A stretch of 64,000 nt of DNA from the human T2T-CHM13v2.0 reference genome, Homo sapiens: the NCBI RefSeq assembly GCF_009914755.1, contig NC_060930.1; one strand, written 5' to 3'. The translations under genes and the position numbers were made by a program. Below, in pieces: positions 1 to 13,500 of the stretch; the first letter of the stretch is position 1, and each line of letters opens with the position of its first letter. The notes under the pieces are model-generated. The model did no database searches. It was not told the origin of the DNA and saw only the letters and a program-made list of their open reading frames with translations.

Positions 1-480
1 TATGATCATTCCTCCACCAGCACTCGTGTGTGCCAGGCGCTGTGCTTGTGTTGGTGAGATGAGTTGAAGGGGCTGAGCTGAAGTGTGTAGGCCTGTTGGC
101 ATGAACTTGAGCACCTGAGTCCCGTGAATGCTGCTAAGGATAGGATGGAGGGACAGAGGAAGTTAACATTTGAGCTAAAAGGCAGAAATGAATCAGGCTT
201 TCTGGCTGAAGTGATGAATTCCAAAGACAGGAAGGATTGGAACATGCTCAGGAAACTGAGAGGTGAGCTTGTTTGGGATTTAAAGAGCTCAAAGAAGGCG
301 AGAAATCAGGCAAGAAAAGAAGGCTGCCCAGAAACTCGAGACCAAGGAGCTTGGAGTTTGCGATTGAGCATGGGAAACCAGCAGGGTGGTGGCCTAGTCA
401 GAGCTGGCCTTTGGGAAGGGCCCCAGGGCACACTGTAGGAATGGATTCTAGAAGGAAGATGAAGAAATGAGAAAGCATGG
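1..480 (-). mobile_element. L2 LINE fragment (old, diverged)
   Basis: L2 3'-end-like text 'cattcctccaccagcactcgtgtgtgccaggcgctgtgct' followed by purine-rich L2-type body; boundaries approximate. Confidence 0.5.
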
Positions 481-1539
481 TAATTCTAGAACTGTTCTCT
501 CAACCAGGCACCCACAGAGAGATGCTTATGTGCCCCACTGGAAAGGCGGAGAAAACTGCTTCGGGTTTCAGGTGACCAACTCAGCTCTCCCAGCCACAGG
601 CCCTGGAGATCGCCCTAAGGGCTAAGGGAGCCATAGCTCACACCCCTGCAACTTTCCAACCAAGTTGGGAAGCTCTGATCTGGAAGAAATGATAAATTTG
701 GTAATGGGTTAAGTCTAGAGGAGGGAGGCAAGGGCGTTTGGATTTCAACTCTTCACCTGGTGTACCATTTTATCAAAGTGGGAGTGTATTATACTTAGAT
801 AAATATAGCTTCTAAAAACCTATTGGGAGAGGCTGGCTTTGACTCAGACTGGAGGGAGTAAGGAGTAAGATGGGAGAAGGGTATTGGGGAGTAGAAGTAG
901 AAGTGATGAGGTGACTATACTGTTGAAGGAATCTCACTGACAAATGAATAGTATTGTTACAAATTTGTATCTCCATCACCTTGGGTTTCCTTAACTTCCT
1001 CCTATCAACATCTTGGATATCATAGTATAGGAAGTACCTAATCAGAAGAAAGGAATATTATGCATCTATCAAAACAATAATTATGAAAACTATGCATATA
1101 TGTAAAAAAACACTCATTTTGGACACATGCTTAGAAGGGTAATTATTGTTTTTATATTGTAACCTTGTATGTTGATATATAAGAATAAAAGCAAAATACA
1201 AGTAATACGTAGTAGTATAAAACTGGCTGGGAGAAGTGCTAAAAGGTAAAATGTAAAAATAATTCTTGTGTCCTGGACTCTGTGGTCCTCACTACTGGAC
1301 TCAGGCCCTTGGTATTGCCACCAGAGTTGGATAGTGTATGAGCTGCACCTGAGCCCCAGCAGTGAGGGATCAGGAAGACATGGCCCCCTCAGTAGGGGAG
1401 GAGGGAGGGACTCTTCCTCCCACTAAGGTGCACCCAGTGGATAACTCCAAGTAGGAAGGGAGTTCTCATGCTGGGACATGCCCTCAAAATGACACATGTC
1501 CATTGTAGGAGGACAATTGAGTCATGGCATTTTGTCACA

Positions 1540-2310
1540 AAATTGTTTTCATTTTGTTGCACTTTGTTTTAAAATTAATATCTTGAAAGGTAGTGCATTC
1601 ACACGATTCAAAAGCCAGAAAGCATGAAAAGACACACACTGGGAATGTTTTCCTCCCATCTTTGTCCTCTTATCTGCTTAGTTCCTCCCACCCCAGAATT
1701 CCTTACGTTTCCTTCCAGAATGTCTTATGTACCTACAAGTAATAAAAACACAGATTCTTATTTTCCCCTCTTATTACACAAAATGTACATCATACATGCT
1801 GTATATACACAGGCATCTTGCTTTTTAAATGATTTTCCCCAAGATGGAGGAGATTTTAATACATAGAAAGCTTCCTCATTCTTTTTATAGTTACATAGTA
1901 TTCCATTGTATTAATTTGTCATAATTGATTTAACCAGTAGTCCCCTGTTGATAGATACTGGACATTGGATTGTTTGCAGATGTTTGCTATTACCGGCCAC
2001 ACTACAACTAGTAACCTTATACATTTGTTATTTCATACATGTGCAAGAATCTTTGTAGAATTAATGCCCAAACATGGAATTGCTGGGTCAAAGGGTATAT
2101 ACATTTTTAAAACTTTATTTCAGTCGTTTTTGGGGAACAGGTGGTTTTTGGTTACATGAAGTTCTTTAGTGGTGATTTCTGAGATTTTGGTGCATCTGTC
2201 ACAAAGGGTATATACATTTGATCAAGGTTGACCAAATTGTCCTCCAGTGTGCCAGTTCACCACTCACACCAATCATGTAGGAAAATCTCATATTTTTGAT
2301 ATTTTAAAAA
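1540..2310 (-). mobile_element. L1M (L1ME-like) 3' fragment
   Basis: Antisense L1M 3'UTR motifs 'tagtattccattgta', 'ttgtttgcagatgtttgctatt', 'ggaattgctgggtcaaagggtat'. Confidence 0.7.
2107..2201 (-). mobile_element. Short 5'-truncated L1PB-like 3' end nested in older L1M
   Basis: Flanked by 18-bp direct repeat caaagggtatatacattt (2089-2106, 2202-2219); insert 'ttttggggaacaggtggtttttggttacatga...ttctttagtggtgatttctgagattttggtgca' matches the recalled L1PB 3' terminus. Confidence 0.7.
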
Positions 2311-2317
2311 TGCAGTT

Positions 2318-2462
2318 GTAGCACAGTGGCTCACCTTTGTAATCCCAGCTCTTTGGGAGGCCCAGTGGGAGGATAGCTTGAGGCCAGGACTTACAGTGAG
2401 CTATGATCACGCTGCTGCACTCCAGCCTGGACAACAGAGCAAGACCCGGTGTCTAAAAAAAA
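2318..2462 (+). mobile_element. Alu monomer (FLAM/FRAM-like)
   Basis: gtggctcacctttgtaatcccagc...cactccagcctggacaacagagcaagaccc + A tail. Confidence 0.8.
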
Positions 2463-3269
2463 TTTTTTTTTAATGAAGAGCCCAGGCTTAGGAATCAGAC
2501 CAGGCTTTTTCCTTGCAAATGAAATAAAATTGCAAATCTGTTTTTCCTCTCTCCCTCCAAACTTTTTTGTTTTAAGCCTGTTCCTAAGGTAAGGAGGGCC
2601 TGAACTGCTGAGAAGGAGGGGTGGAGGATGGGAGGGAGGCTCAGGAGGTTTGGGGAGGCAGAAGGCCTCAGGTGATTTCCACACACAGAAGAGTCATGCC
2701 AACAACTTGTCCATCCAGTCTGGCCACAGACTCCACCCCTCACACCACCAGCTTGGACCGCCCAGCTTCAGGGTCAGAAGCCTGACCTCACAGCTGCGCT
2801 CCTTCACCTCCCACAATTCCAGAGGGGAGCTGTCACCCCGAAGGAAACAAGTCTGGTCTTCTTGGCCCCAAACCACACACCCAGACCTATTCATAGCGAG
2901 ATTGCACAACCTGCTGGAGGACAGCCCAGCCGGGCATGGGAGAGCAGCCCTCCTCCTGTGCCAGGCCCTGGCCCTCGGGTGCCCCTGGGTGAGCCTGTGC
3001 CAGCTTTCAGAGCAGAGCTGTTCCTATAGTGGGGGGCCTCAAGGGTCTGATTGGCTCCTCCTCCCAAGTGGGAGAACTTGCTTCTCCAAAGGAGAAGCGC
3101 TCACGCCACCCGCCCACTGCCCCACTGTGCAGGTTGACACCTGGTTGGAGGGCTCACTCTCATTAGTGCACACAGAAGCCAGAAGGCAGACTGTTACAGA
3201 AGAGGAAGCTATGTCACAGAAGACACTCTTTACGTCTCTGTGGGGAGCAGTGCCATGGAGCGGGGAAAG

Positions 3270-3480
3270 GAGACTCAACTTGGGAATGGGACAGACCTCA
3301 ATTTGAACCCAGCCCTGCAGTGCATTAGTAGAATGGTGACATGTGAGTCAGTTGCCTTCTCTGGGCCTCTGTCTTCTCGTTTATGAAATGGAAACAGGGC
3401 TGCCTGTCTTGCAGGGTTGGGAGGCTCCCATGAGAACACGCCCCGGAAGTATCTGTAGCATACTTCAAGCAGGTCAGAAG
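3270..3480 (+). mobile_element. MIR SINE
   Basis: MIR core 'ctctgggcctctgtcttctcgtttatgaaatgg'. Confidence 0.6.
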
Positions 3481-4524
3481 CAAGCCCTTCATCAACGTCC
3501 TCTTCTCTTTAAACACATCTCATTGGCCCACACTCCATCGGTTGTTTTTTTTTTTAGTCTTGTAAAACATACAAAATTAATCTGACATTAATGAACCTCA
3601 TCAGTATAATTAGATTGCAAAGTAATTAAAAAAATGAAAGGTAACCAACTTGTAAGGTTTTTCTGCTCTTACTATTTTCCTTGATGTTCTTCAGGACCTG
3701 TTGACAGCAACCGTGCTCATGGTCAGCTGCTTCCATTCTATGTCCTGTAGAATCACTGTCATGAACACCAAGAACTCAAACGGCAAGAGAGGGTGGGAAG
3801 ACTTGTTTCTAGTCCTGACTCTGCCACTGAAAGCTGTGTGTCCTTGAGTGAGTCATTTCCCTCTCCCTGGTCCACTTCATGAACATTCCATACTTTTTAA
3901 GGGGTCATGATGCATGAGCCCAGAAAGGGAGCACACACTTTACGAACTACAAAGCAAGAAACAGAAACAGAACCACAGACACTACTTTGAGTCAGTAAGT
4001 TGGCAAATGTGAATATATTCATTTTCCAGAGGGGAAACTCGGATCCAAAGTGGACTCAAAGGTTCATTGTTACTTGCTGTAACCTGCCCTTCAGCCTGCC
4101 CCAGGCCTCCAAAGCTGACACTTATGGCCATGGAACCCTGTTGGGAGAGTTAGGGTAGAGGATGCATCTGATAGGATAGGGAAAGAAATGGAGAAAGGGG
4201 AAAGGATGGAAAAGAGGAAGAGGACTTGGAGATGGAGGAGGAGTGGGGAGGATGGGTGTGGCAAGGGATTGGAGAGAAAACAGCATTTCAGAGGAGGTGG
4301 TGCACCCTACACAGATGTTTGCGCTAGAACCCGCTGGTGTTACATTGAGTCTCTCCAGTTTCTTCCTAAAGAAGTGAAATGATACAGGGGCCTGTGGTGG
4401 CCCAGCTGGAAGGTCTTTCTGATGAAGACAGGAGGCCAGAGTGATTTGCTGCTAGTTTGAAGGGGGCAGGAAGTAGTGACAGCCTGGAATCCACCTGTGT
4501 GAGGCAGGGAAACTGTCCCCTGGG

Positions 4525-4547
4525 GTGTGTGTATGTGTGTGTGTGAG

Positions 4548-4588
<41 letters not shown>

Positions 4589-4630
4589 AGGGGAGGGGAG
4601 GGGAGGGGAGGGGAGAGGAGAGGAGAGGAG
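4525..4630. repeat. Compound microsatellite (GT)n(GA)n(GGGGA)n
   Basis: Directly visible. Confidence 0.95.
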
Positions 4631-5329
4631 GCCTCTGATGTTGCCGTCTCTTGATCAGTGCAGATGGCATTTCCACAGCAAACCCCTCCTGCCCAGGGCA
4701 CTGTTGTGGCCCTCCCAGGTGTTTGGATAAGAGTTTAATTAAGAACCTACCAGGGTGGTCTGAAGCTTAATTGCTATGCTTGTGCCTCCCTGAGTGTAAA
4801 GGTTCAAGCCACCCCTCCTCAGCTTGGCCATGCCCAGGGCTTGCTCCACCTCTGGGGGAGTAAAAACATCTTCCCTGAGTGGTGGAGCCACCACTTGGCC
4901 TGATTTAGTACAATTAGGTTCTTTTTGATGGAAGCCAGTTGTTAAGTGCAGAACTCAAAGCAATTGAAGTTTTTTGTATAGTATAAATGCACAGTGAAAA
5001 AGCAATCTTTTGAGAGGGCATGTGGATTGTGGCTTGTAGCCCCCCTGATATGGTAAGAAGCATATGGACTTTAGACATATGCTAAGACGTAGTTATAGGG
5101 TCTTATCTCTCTGAGTTTCGGGGTCCTTGATGTTTCATAGAGGATAATGATAGTATCTCCCTTGAGGATTAGAATTAGTGCATGCAAAGCCCCTATCTGT
5201 TTATTCACCCTGTAATTCAACATGTATTTATTGAGGGTCTACTGTGTGCCAGCACTGTGCTAGAATTAATGGTTAAACTCAAGCTTTAGAAAAAGAAAAG
5301 GAAGGTGATGGATAGGCTTCTTTCTGACT

Positions 5330-5510
5330 TTGCCTGTGCAACCGCAGGTAAGTTACCTAACCCCTTGAGTTTCTGTTTTCTTATCTGCAAAATAGGGACA
5401 ATAATAACCCTACCTTGTTGTGTTATTGAGAGGATTAAGTGAGATGATGCATGGACAGCCCTTGAGGCAGAATCTGGCACATAGCAAGTGCTTGATAAGC
5501 TTAGCTATAT
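5330..5510 (+). mobile_element. MIR SINE
   Basis: 'ttttcttatctgcaaaatagggacaataataaccctacc...gaggattaagtgagatgatgcat...tggcacatagcaagtgct'. Confidence 0.75.
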
Positions 5511-5609
5511 TTATTAGGACATTGGAATTGCTCAATAAATTATAGACCATAGATTTTGTAATTAGGTTTCTAAAATGTAGCCACTATGCCCTATCCAAAG
5601 CCAAAGGAA

Positions 5610-5790
5610 AGCAGATTTTTCAAAATGTGGTCTTTAGATCATGTGTATCAGGAAAGCCTGAGGGAGCTTGTTAAAAATTCAGATTCCTTGGGCCCATCCT
5701 AGAAGTACTGAGTCTGAATCTGACAGGGCCTAAAATTCTGCCTTTTCAAACACTGTCTCCCATGATTCTGAAGTACACTCAAGTTTTGGA
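5610..5790. mobile_element. MER5A-like hAT-Charlie MITE
   Basis: 'gagcttgttaaaaattcagattccttgggccc...tactgagtctgaatct...tgattctgaagtacactcaagtttt'. Confidence 0.7.
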
Positions 5791-5839
5791 ATCCCTGAGG
5801 GTCAAAGGTAAAAATGCCCGTCCATTTGAGAATATCCCC

Positions 5840-6465
5840 CGTGTAGGCAGAATAATGCCCCCACCCTGCAAGGATGTCCATATCCTAGTCCCCGGAGCCT
5901 GTGAATGTGTTGGGCTGCATAGCAAGGAGGAGTTGAAATTGCTAATCAACAGACACTTGTGAAAAATAAGGAGATTATGTAGGTGGGCCCGGTGTAATCA
6001 CAGAGGTCCTTAGATGGGGGAGAGGGAGGCAGAAGAGTCAGAACCAGAGACATGGCATGGTCACAGAAGCTCAAACAGCCACTGCTGGCCTTGAAGACGG
6101 AGGGAGGGCCACACGTCATGGAGGGAGGGCGGCCTCTAGAAGGGGGAAAATGCAAGGAAACGGCTGCTCACCTAGGGGATCACACGGGAGCATGCCCCGG
6201 AAGTATCTGTGGCACAGACGCTACTAGATACTTCCAGGGCATGCTCCCGTGTGATCCCCTAGGTGAGCCTCCAGAAGGAACACAGAGCCTAGAACGCCTG
6301 GAGCCTCCAGAAGGAACACAGCCCACCAACATCAGATACCTAATTTTAGCCCAGCAAGACCCATTCTGGGCTTCTGACCTCTAGAGTTGTAAGATTATAA
6401 ATGTTTGCTGGTTTTAAGCCTCTAAGTTTGTGGTGATGTGTTACAGCAGCAAAAGAAAACTACTC
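5840..6465 (+). mobile_element. MLT1 (ERVL-MaLR) LTR carrying a hairpin insertion
   Basis: 'tgtaggcagaataatgcccc...gatgtccatatcctagtccccggagcctgtgaatgtg', 'gagcctccagaaggaac', ends 'tgttacagcagcaaaagaaaactact'. Confidence 0.8.
6166..6268. repeat. Near-perfect inverted repeat (43-bp arms, 1 mismatch, 17-nt spacer)
   Basis: Arms 6166-6208 gctcacctaggggatcacacgggagcatgccccggaagtatct and 6226-6268 (reverse complement). Confidence 0.95.
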
Positions 6466-6474
6466 TGTCGTTTC

Positions 6475-6788
<314 letters not shown>

Positions 6789-7583
6789 CTACTCTGTCCT
6801 TTCAAACCAGGCTGGATTCATGCACTGGATGTGGAAGATGCCCTGAGATCCAGGCCTGGGCTTGGGTGGGAGCCCTTGGCTGAGGGGCACTCTCAGAGTT
6901 GGGAGAGGGTTGGAGCAGGTGCACAGCTCATGCATTGTCCTCACAGCTTTGCTGACCTCCCTCTGCCATTTGTTCCTTGTTCATTTACACTCCAGTACTT
7001 AGACAGCTGTTGAGCAAGACTCATGCATCAGGGGGCTCAGAGTGTCTGTAAATTGTAAACAGTCCCAGGCCCAAAGGATCTCTGTCATCTCTGTCATGTT
7101 CTCATCTCAACCAAGAGGGCCTGGAACACCTGAAGATGGCCTGATTGCTCTTCCCAGAATCCTGAGGAAAAGGAAAGAACCGTACCAAGAGCCTCCTAAC
7201 CAGAGTGGGGCTCTCCCTCCCTCACCCCTGGATTCCCTTAAGATGGGAACAGGAAGGGCAGCTCTCACACCCACACTGTCCCAAGGGTGGGCATTGCTGG
7301 GACTCCTGGGCCCCTTCCTTGTCTCCTCAGTGCTCCTCCAGCTCTGGGCCAGCCTGCAGCCCTTCCTCCTCCTCCTCTGCTGTCTGTCCCCTTCCATTGC
7401 CTGCCTTGCCATCCTTACCTCCCCCGGTCCCCAGCCAACTGAGACCTATCAAGTGACAGGCACTGGGCTGATGGCCTTATATTCATCATCTCTTTATTCT
7501 GATTTTATTATGAAAAATTTCAAACATATAGGAAAGTTGAAAGAATGACTAGCCATACACCCATCACCTAGATTCAACAACTC

Positions 7584-7881
<298 letters not shown>

Positions 7882-8639
7882 AGATTCAACAGCTCTTAAC
7901 ATGATGCCATATTTACTTTATAGATTGATGTATGTATGTATATGTACATATGTTTTTGTTTTGCTGAATCTTTAGAAAGTTCAGCCATTATAACAAGTCC
8001 CCTCCCAAGACCTCAGCATGCATCTCTCAAGCCCCATGGGATCCCTGCAAAACAAGTATAGATACCAGTCCCATTTTACACGTCAAAAATTTGAATGTAA
8101 GAATTTGAGTGTAAATATTTGAGATTCTAAGAAATGACATTACTCGCCCAGCATCACACAAGTGGTAAGTGATGGAACTGAGATTTGAACCCAGGTTGGT
8201 ATCCTGCCTTCTCTAAAGTGGTTCTAGAGCTCAGAATTAGGGGTATCCCAGAGTGGCGTTGCTTCTAGCTTGGGATTTTTTTTCTCTTCTTCGAGAAAAC
8301 TGAAAGCATTTCAGAGAAACAAAATTTCCTTTCAGCAATATCCCCTGAGGCCAAAGCTACCACTTCCCAAGAAGCTGGGTGAATTCCAAGATTACAGGTT
8401 AGTGGAGAAAGATGTTCAGGATGTGGGCCCAGAGGAACAGACGGTTAAAGCTGCCAAGCCTATTGCCGCTAGAATGCAGGCAACCCCTTGGGGCTCCCAG
8501 CACGTACCTGAATGTCTCCCATCTGGGATCACTATGAAGCACGAGAGTCTAAGGGGCCCTTGGAGAAACACCAAGGAATAAAAGAAGCCTGCTCATGAAG
8601 CATAAATCCCAAAATAATGAAGAAAGGCCTCATGGTGGG

Positions 8640-8810
8640 CCTCAAAATGTGGGCCATTAACCACCTGCATCAAAATAACCTGGAAAGCTTGTTTAAAATG
8701 CAGACTCCTGGGTTTACCCCAGATCCAGTGAACCAGATCACTGGGGCATGGGGCCCTGGACTCTTAACACCTTCCCCAGGTAATGGTTGCCAACTCTAGG
8801 TAGAGGACTA
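8640..8810. mobile_element. MER5A-like MITE
   Basis: 'cacctgcatcaaaataacctggaaagcttgtttaaaatgcagactcctggg'. Confidence 0.65.
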
Positions 8811-8821
8811 GTAGCCAAATT

Positions 8822-8985
8822 CCTATACTAATACACATGACACAACATGACACGACTGTGCACTACACTACACTACACACCACATTACTGTATATACTAC
8901 GCTGCACATAACACTGTACACTACACCACAGCTCCCTGTGCTACACAGTGTCATGCTGTCCCCTACCACACTATGCGATACGACT
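8822..8985. repeat. Degenerate pentamer tandem repeat, (ACACT)n-like
   Basis: acatg-acaca-acatg-acacg...acact-acact-acac; 5-bp periodicity persists for about 160 bp. Confidence 0.8.
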
Positions 8986-9054
8986 GGGCTTCCTCCTCAG
9001 TTAAATGCTCTACTTTCTCATTGATCCATTTTTTTTTAATTTTCTAAAAGTAGT

Positions 9055-9530
9055 TTATTTTTTAATTTTTTTTTTTAAAGTGTTTTAATTTACATACAGT
9101 GAACTTCACACCTTTTGGTATCCAGTTGCATGAGGTTTAACAAATGCATAGAGTTGTGTAACTGCCACCACAGCCAAGATACAGAACAGTTCCATCCCGT
9201 CTTCCAGATTCCTTTGTGCTCCCCGGTTCTGGTCACTCCCTTCCTGCACACTTACCTCTGGTAACCACTGATCTGTTCTCCAACCCTGGAGTTTTGAGGG
9301 TTCCAGAATGTAATATAAATGGAATCACACAGTCCATAGCCTTTCGAATCTGACTCCTTTCACTTAGCATAAGGCATTCGAGATTCATCCATGTTACTGC
9401 ATGTAGGAGTATTTAATTCCTTTTTATTGTTGATATTCTGTTGGATAAATGTACCATGGTTGTTTATCCATTCCCCAACCAGGGGACATTTGTGTTGTTT
9501 CTGGGTTTTGGTGATAAACTCAATGATCCA
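9055..9530 (-). mobile_element. L1M (L1MB/MC-like) 3' end
   Basis: T-rich tail then 'ttacatacagtgaac...ggtaaccactgatctgttctc...atataaatggaatcacacagt'. Confidence 0.8.
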
Positions 9531-10154
9531 AATTTAATGAACTGATTCCTTTCTCTGGGAGAGGAGAATCTCGTATATTGGCCATGTGATAAAAGGAGTA
9601 GGTGGTGGGTCAAAGAAAATGGCCTACACATGGTTTCTGCCATGGGCCACCTATTTAACAGTCCAGGGTCAGCCATGGAGGACCCATATTTGACCTTATG
9701 ACAAACTTGCTGGTCTTCCAAAAATCATAAAACAACCAGGTCTTCACAATGCTGCAGCGCCTATCTTTTACAAATAAAACAAAGGGCCCTTGGAACACCA
9801 GGCCCCAAAACTCACTGGGAAGCCATCTGAGTGAGCACCTTAGCCTTCCACTGTGGTGTGCCCCACGCCTTCCATTGTGGCGTCCCCCACAGGGGAGTCA
9901 TCCGGTGGCATCATCCTTCTTCACAGCTCTCTTCAGCTTACAATGTTTTTGCCGGACTGGATCTATTTGATCTTCCAACAAGCCCAAGAAGGAAGAAAGG
10001 CAGACATTTTTATTTTTACTTGCACCATTTTGAAATCAGGTTGCCAAAGCTCAAAAGCTCAAGGCAGCTGGTACTTATTCAAAGTCAACAAGCCCCTTTG
10101 GCTGGGGAGACCCCCTGACTCTTCCCATTCTCAACCCAGTGTTTTCTGGTTTTA

Positions 10155-10532
<378 letters not shown>

Positions 10533-13500
10533 TTAGAATCCAGTTTTGCTCAAAGTAAGTAATAAGGTGGGCGAAAAACAGAACAGAGCTGAGTTTAAAC
10601 CACACATCTGCTTGCCAGCTACACAGCCTCCATGCTCTCATTTATAGGATAGGCGAAGAAATTCCTACCTTCTAGTGTTGTTGCAAACATGAGAGGCTGC
10701 AGAAGAGTTCATAATGCAAGTGGGTAAAGCATAAGAGGCACTCTATAAATGGCAGCAATTATTATTAATTTGGTTTATTAAGAGAAACCATAGAATGTAC
10801 ACACCATTAACCATCTGTGGTAGGTGCTCTCTGCCTCTCAGTACTGCTCAGGATTTCTGAGGCCTAATTTTCTCCTGGCAGCACTAAGGGAAACCAAGGA
10901 GTTAACAAGGAGGCCTGGAGGCTGGCATGGCTGGGACTGTTAGTTCCTAATGAGGGGCCGGCCCGAGGAGGAGGCCTAGCAGCTGTGAGGAGGGGCGCTG
11001 AGGGTGTCTCCCGTGGAGGAGACTTGGGCTGGAAACTTTGTTTTTCTTATTTCTGAACTCGGTTTTACACTCCTGAGGGGAGTTCCTAGTGTCTGGACTT
11101 GGTCTTTGAGCCCTGGCGCTGGTGGTTCCCTGAGGAAATGCCTCGCGGCTTCTTATGGGGCAATGTTGTTATTGATGTTGGGCCAAGGTGGTTAGAAAAT
11201 GGGATCCTCCAAATGGGGGCCTTGTGGTTTGGCCACACGGAGATATCTCCACAAGCACAGCCGGGGTGGGGACAGCTGCCCACAGGGTAGGGCTTGAGGG
11301 TAACGTGGTGCTTCTCCTCGGCCGCCCCATCCTCTCCTGTCCTTGGCATTATTCTTACATGTCGCCTGTATTCTGGCTTCAGACTCTGCTGAGAGAAACG
11401 CGCTGTGTTAGGGCCAGCTGGGCCCTGAGCAGACTCCTGAGAGCCAAAAAGCAGGGAGACCAGGGTGCCAGGGGCAATCTGGAGAGTGAGAGGTGCTCAG
11501 AGTGACAGCACCCATGGGGGGTAGAGATGCCAGGCTGAGAAGAGGGAGAGGGAGAGGTAGCTCTACCTGGAGCAGGCCCCAGTAACCTCCACCCCCTCTA
11601 GAGGCAGAGGCTTCCGTGACCCCCAGGGTCAGCCCTGTCCCCCTCAGCCCTCGGTGGTCTCCCCTCCAGCACCCCAGGTGGTTGGCTATTTCCACATTGT
11701 GCCTACCAGACAGCTGTGGCAGGTGCTTTAAATATGTCTGTGGAGTGGTTGAAGAAATCCGAAGAAAAGAGGGAAGTCTGATGGTATCTCCAAGGTGACT
11801 TGGAGGGGCTCTGGGAAAGGATCTGCCCACTCTCCAGCTTCGCCATGATGGGTAGGCTCTCACAGGAGTGTGGCAGGTAACCGCCCTCACTCCTGGCCTT
11901 TGAGTTTCATTTCCGGTGAGTTTCTCCTTCCTTTTTATTCCAACTCTTCCTGGAAGCAGTGAGTGCTGGTTTAGTTTTAGGTACACATAACATTTGTCTT
12001 CATAGCCCCCACAGATGCAAGAGGCCTCATCCCTGTTCTGTGTCCCCTCTGGGTAGGCTCATGTGTGCAGAAGGCAGCCTGGGAAAGCCCGTTCACGGAG
12101 CTCACTTTGCTTGTTCTTTATCGTGGCTTCATGCCTCCCATTTGATGCTGCAGGTAAGAGGGCTCATGACCATATAAAGCAAATTTGGTGCCGGCTGTTA
12201 CAAAGGGGAGGCTGCAAAGAAACAAAAGCATTTCAGCCAAGTAAATGCCCAGAATGTGCTGGGGAGTGGGGAAGGGAGGGGATAACATAAAGCCCCTGTC
12301 CCAAGGATGCAGCTTATGCCCCCTGGTCTAATGTGGGAGGGGGACGGTAATGATAATATAGTGTGAGAAGAGCTAGGACACGGTGAGTGACTGACAAGTG
12401 ACCCAACGGGCAAAGCCAATGGCCCCCTCCACGTTCCACCCCCTGGGCATGAGCACCCTCTCCCATCTTGCCCCTTGATTTGTTGCGTCCTTGCCTGTTG
12501 CCTTGGGCAGGCTGACTTCTCTCCTTCCACACAGGGAGGTGGGCAGGAGGATGCCAGGAGCCCGTGTGACATCCAGCTGGGCCAGTGAGCCATTCGGTGG
12601 GTTCGCAGCAGTTTTGATGATCACCTGTCCATTTGTCAATGCTTTTCCTCACCCTCATTGCCTCAGAGGCTGTTAGTGTATGGAACTGTGATGCATATTC
12701 TATTATCTTCCCAGGGAATTACCTCAACGTTGGCCAGAGCTTAGCATTCTTAGCCACACGGGGCTCTGGAGGTATTTTTGGCGCAACTCGGAACTCCTGA
12801 GTGTCCATGCACTCTAGACTCGGGCTAGGATGCGAAGTAGGGATAAAGCAGATGTGGCGGGTGTGGCATGTCCCATGGACCCAGGCTTGGCCTTGCGTCC
12901 CCTTCTCCCTGAAGCCCGTTCCTCCCACTTGCTTCCTGGCTCCTTGGCCTCCCGCTGTCGTCACCCTCTGAATCCTTTCTTCTCCTCCCCACCGAGCAGG
13001 CAGAGGGAGGCAACTCTCATCACAGCTCAGGCCAGAGAGAGGAGTCCTAGGCCCTTGCTATTTTCAGAGCTAAAATTAAAGCCCATGGTTTGCTTCCTCA
13101 GCACTTAATTAGACTCCAGCGCCTCACAGGGCAGCCTCCTTCCCGCCCACCAGTGAAGGCCTGACCGGTGGGTTTGGAAGCTGACGCCATGTTCCTGGCA
13201 GGAGGGCTGGGGCCTGGGGTATTTTTACATATGAGAGGCTGTGGAGAGCAAAATGCTTGGCACTGAGCCAGTTAGACTAAATCAGTTGGGAGAGGGAGGG
13301 AGCAGGAAAGCTGTTATATCGTCCTTCCTTCTTTGAACTGCACTATAAATCTGCTAGACAGGAAATGGGATTGGGAGGGTAGAGGAGGGGGCTGTACAGT
13401 GAGGCTGGACTGGGGCCTGGGATACCACCACCCTCGCAGCCTGGCTCAGGTGAGGCCCTGCCCTGAAGGTGGGGTGAAGGGGGCCTCACTTGGGGCTGGG

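Noticed and set aside
2650-3306. 218-aa ORF
   Set aside because: TTG start, no domain similarity, runs into a MIR
12700-13400. Possible promoter (tataaa about 13345, tgacg about 13182)
   Set aside because: Isolated short motifs with no linked downstream exon
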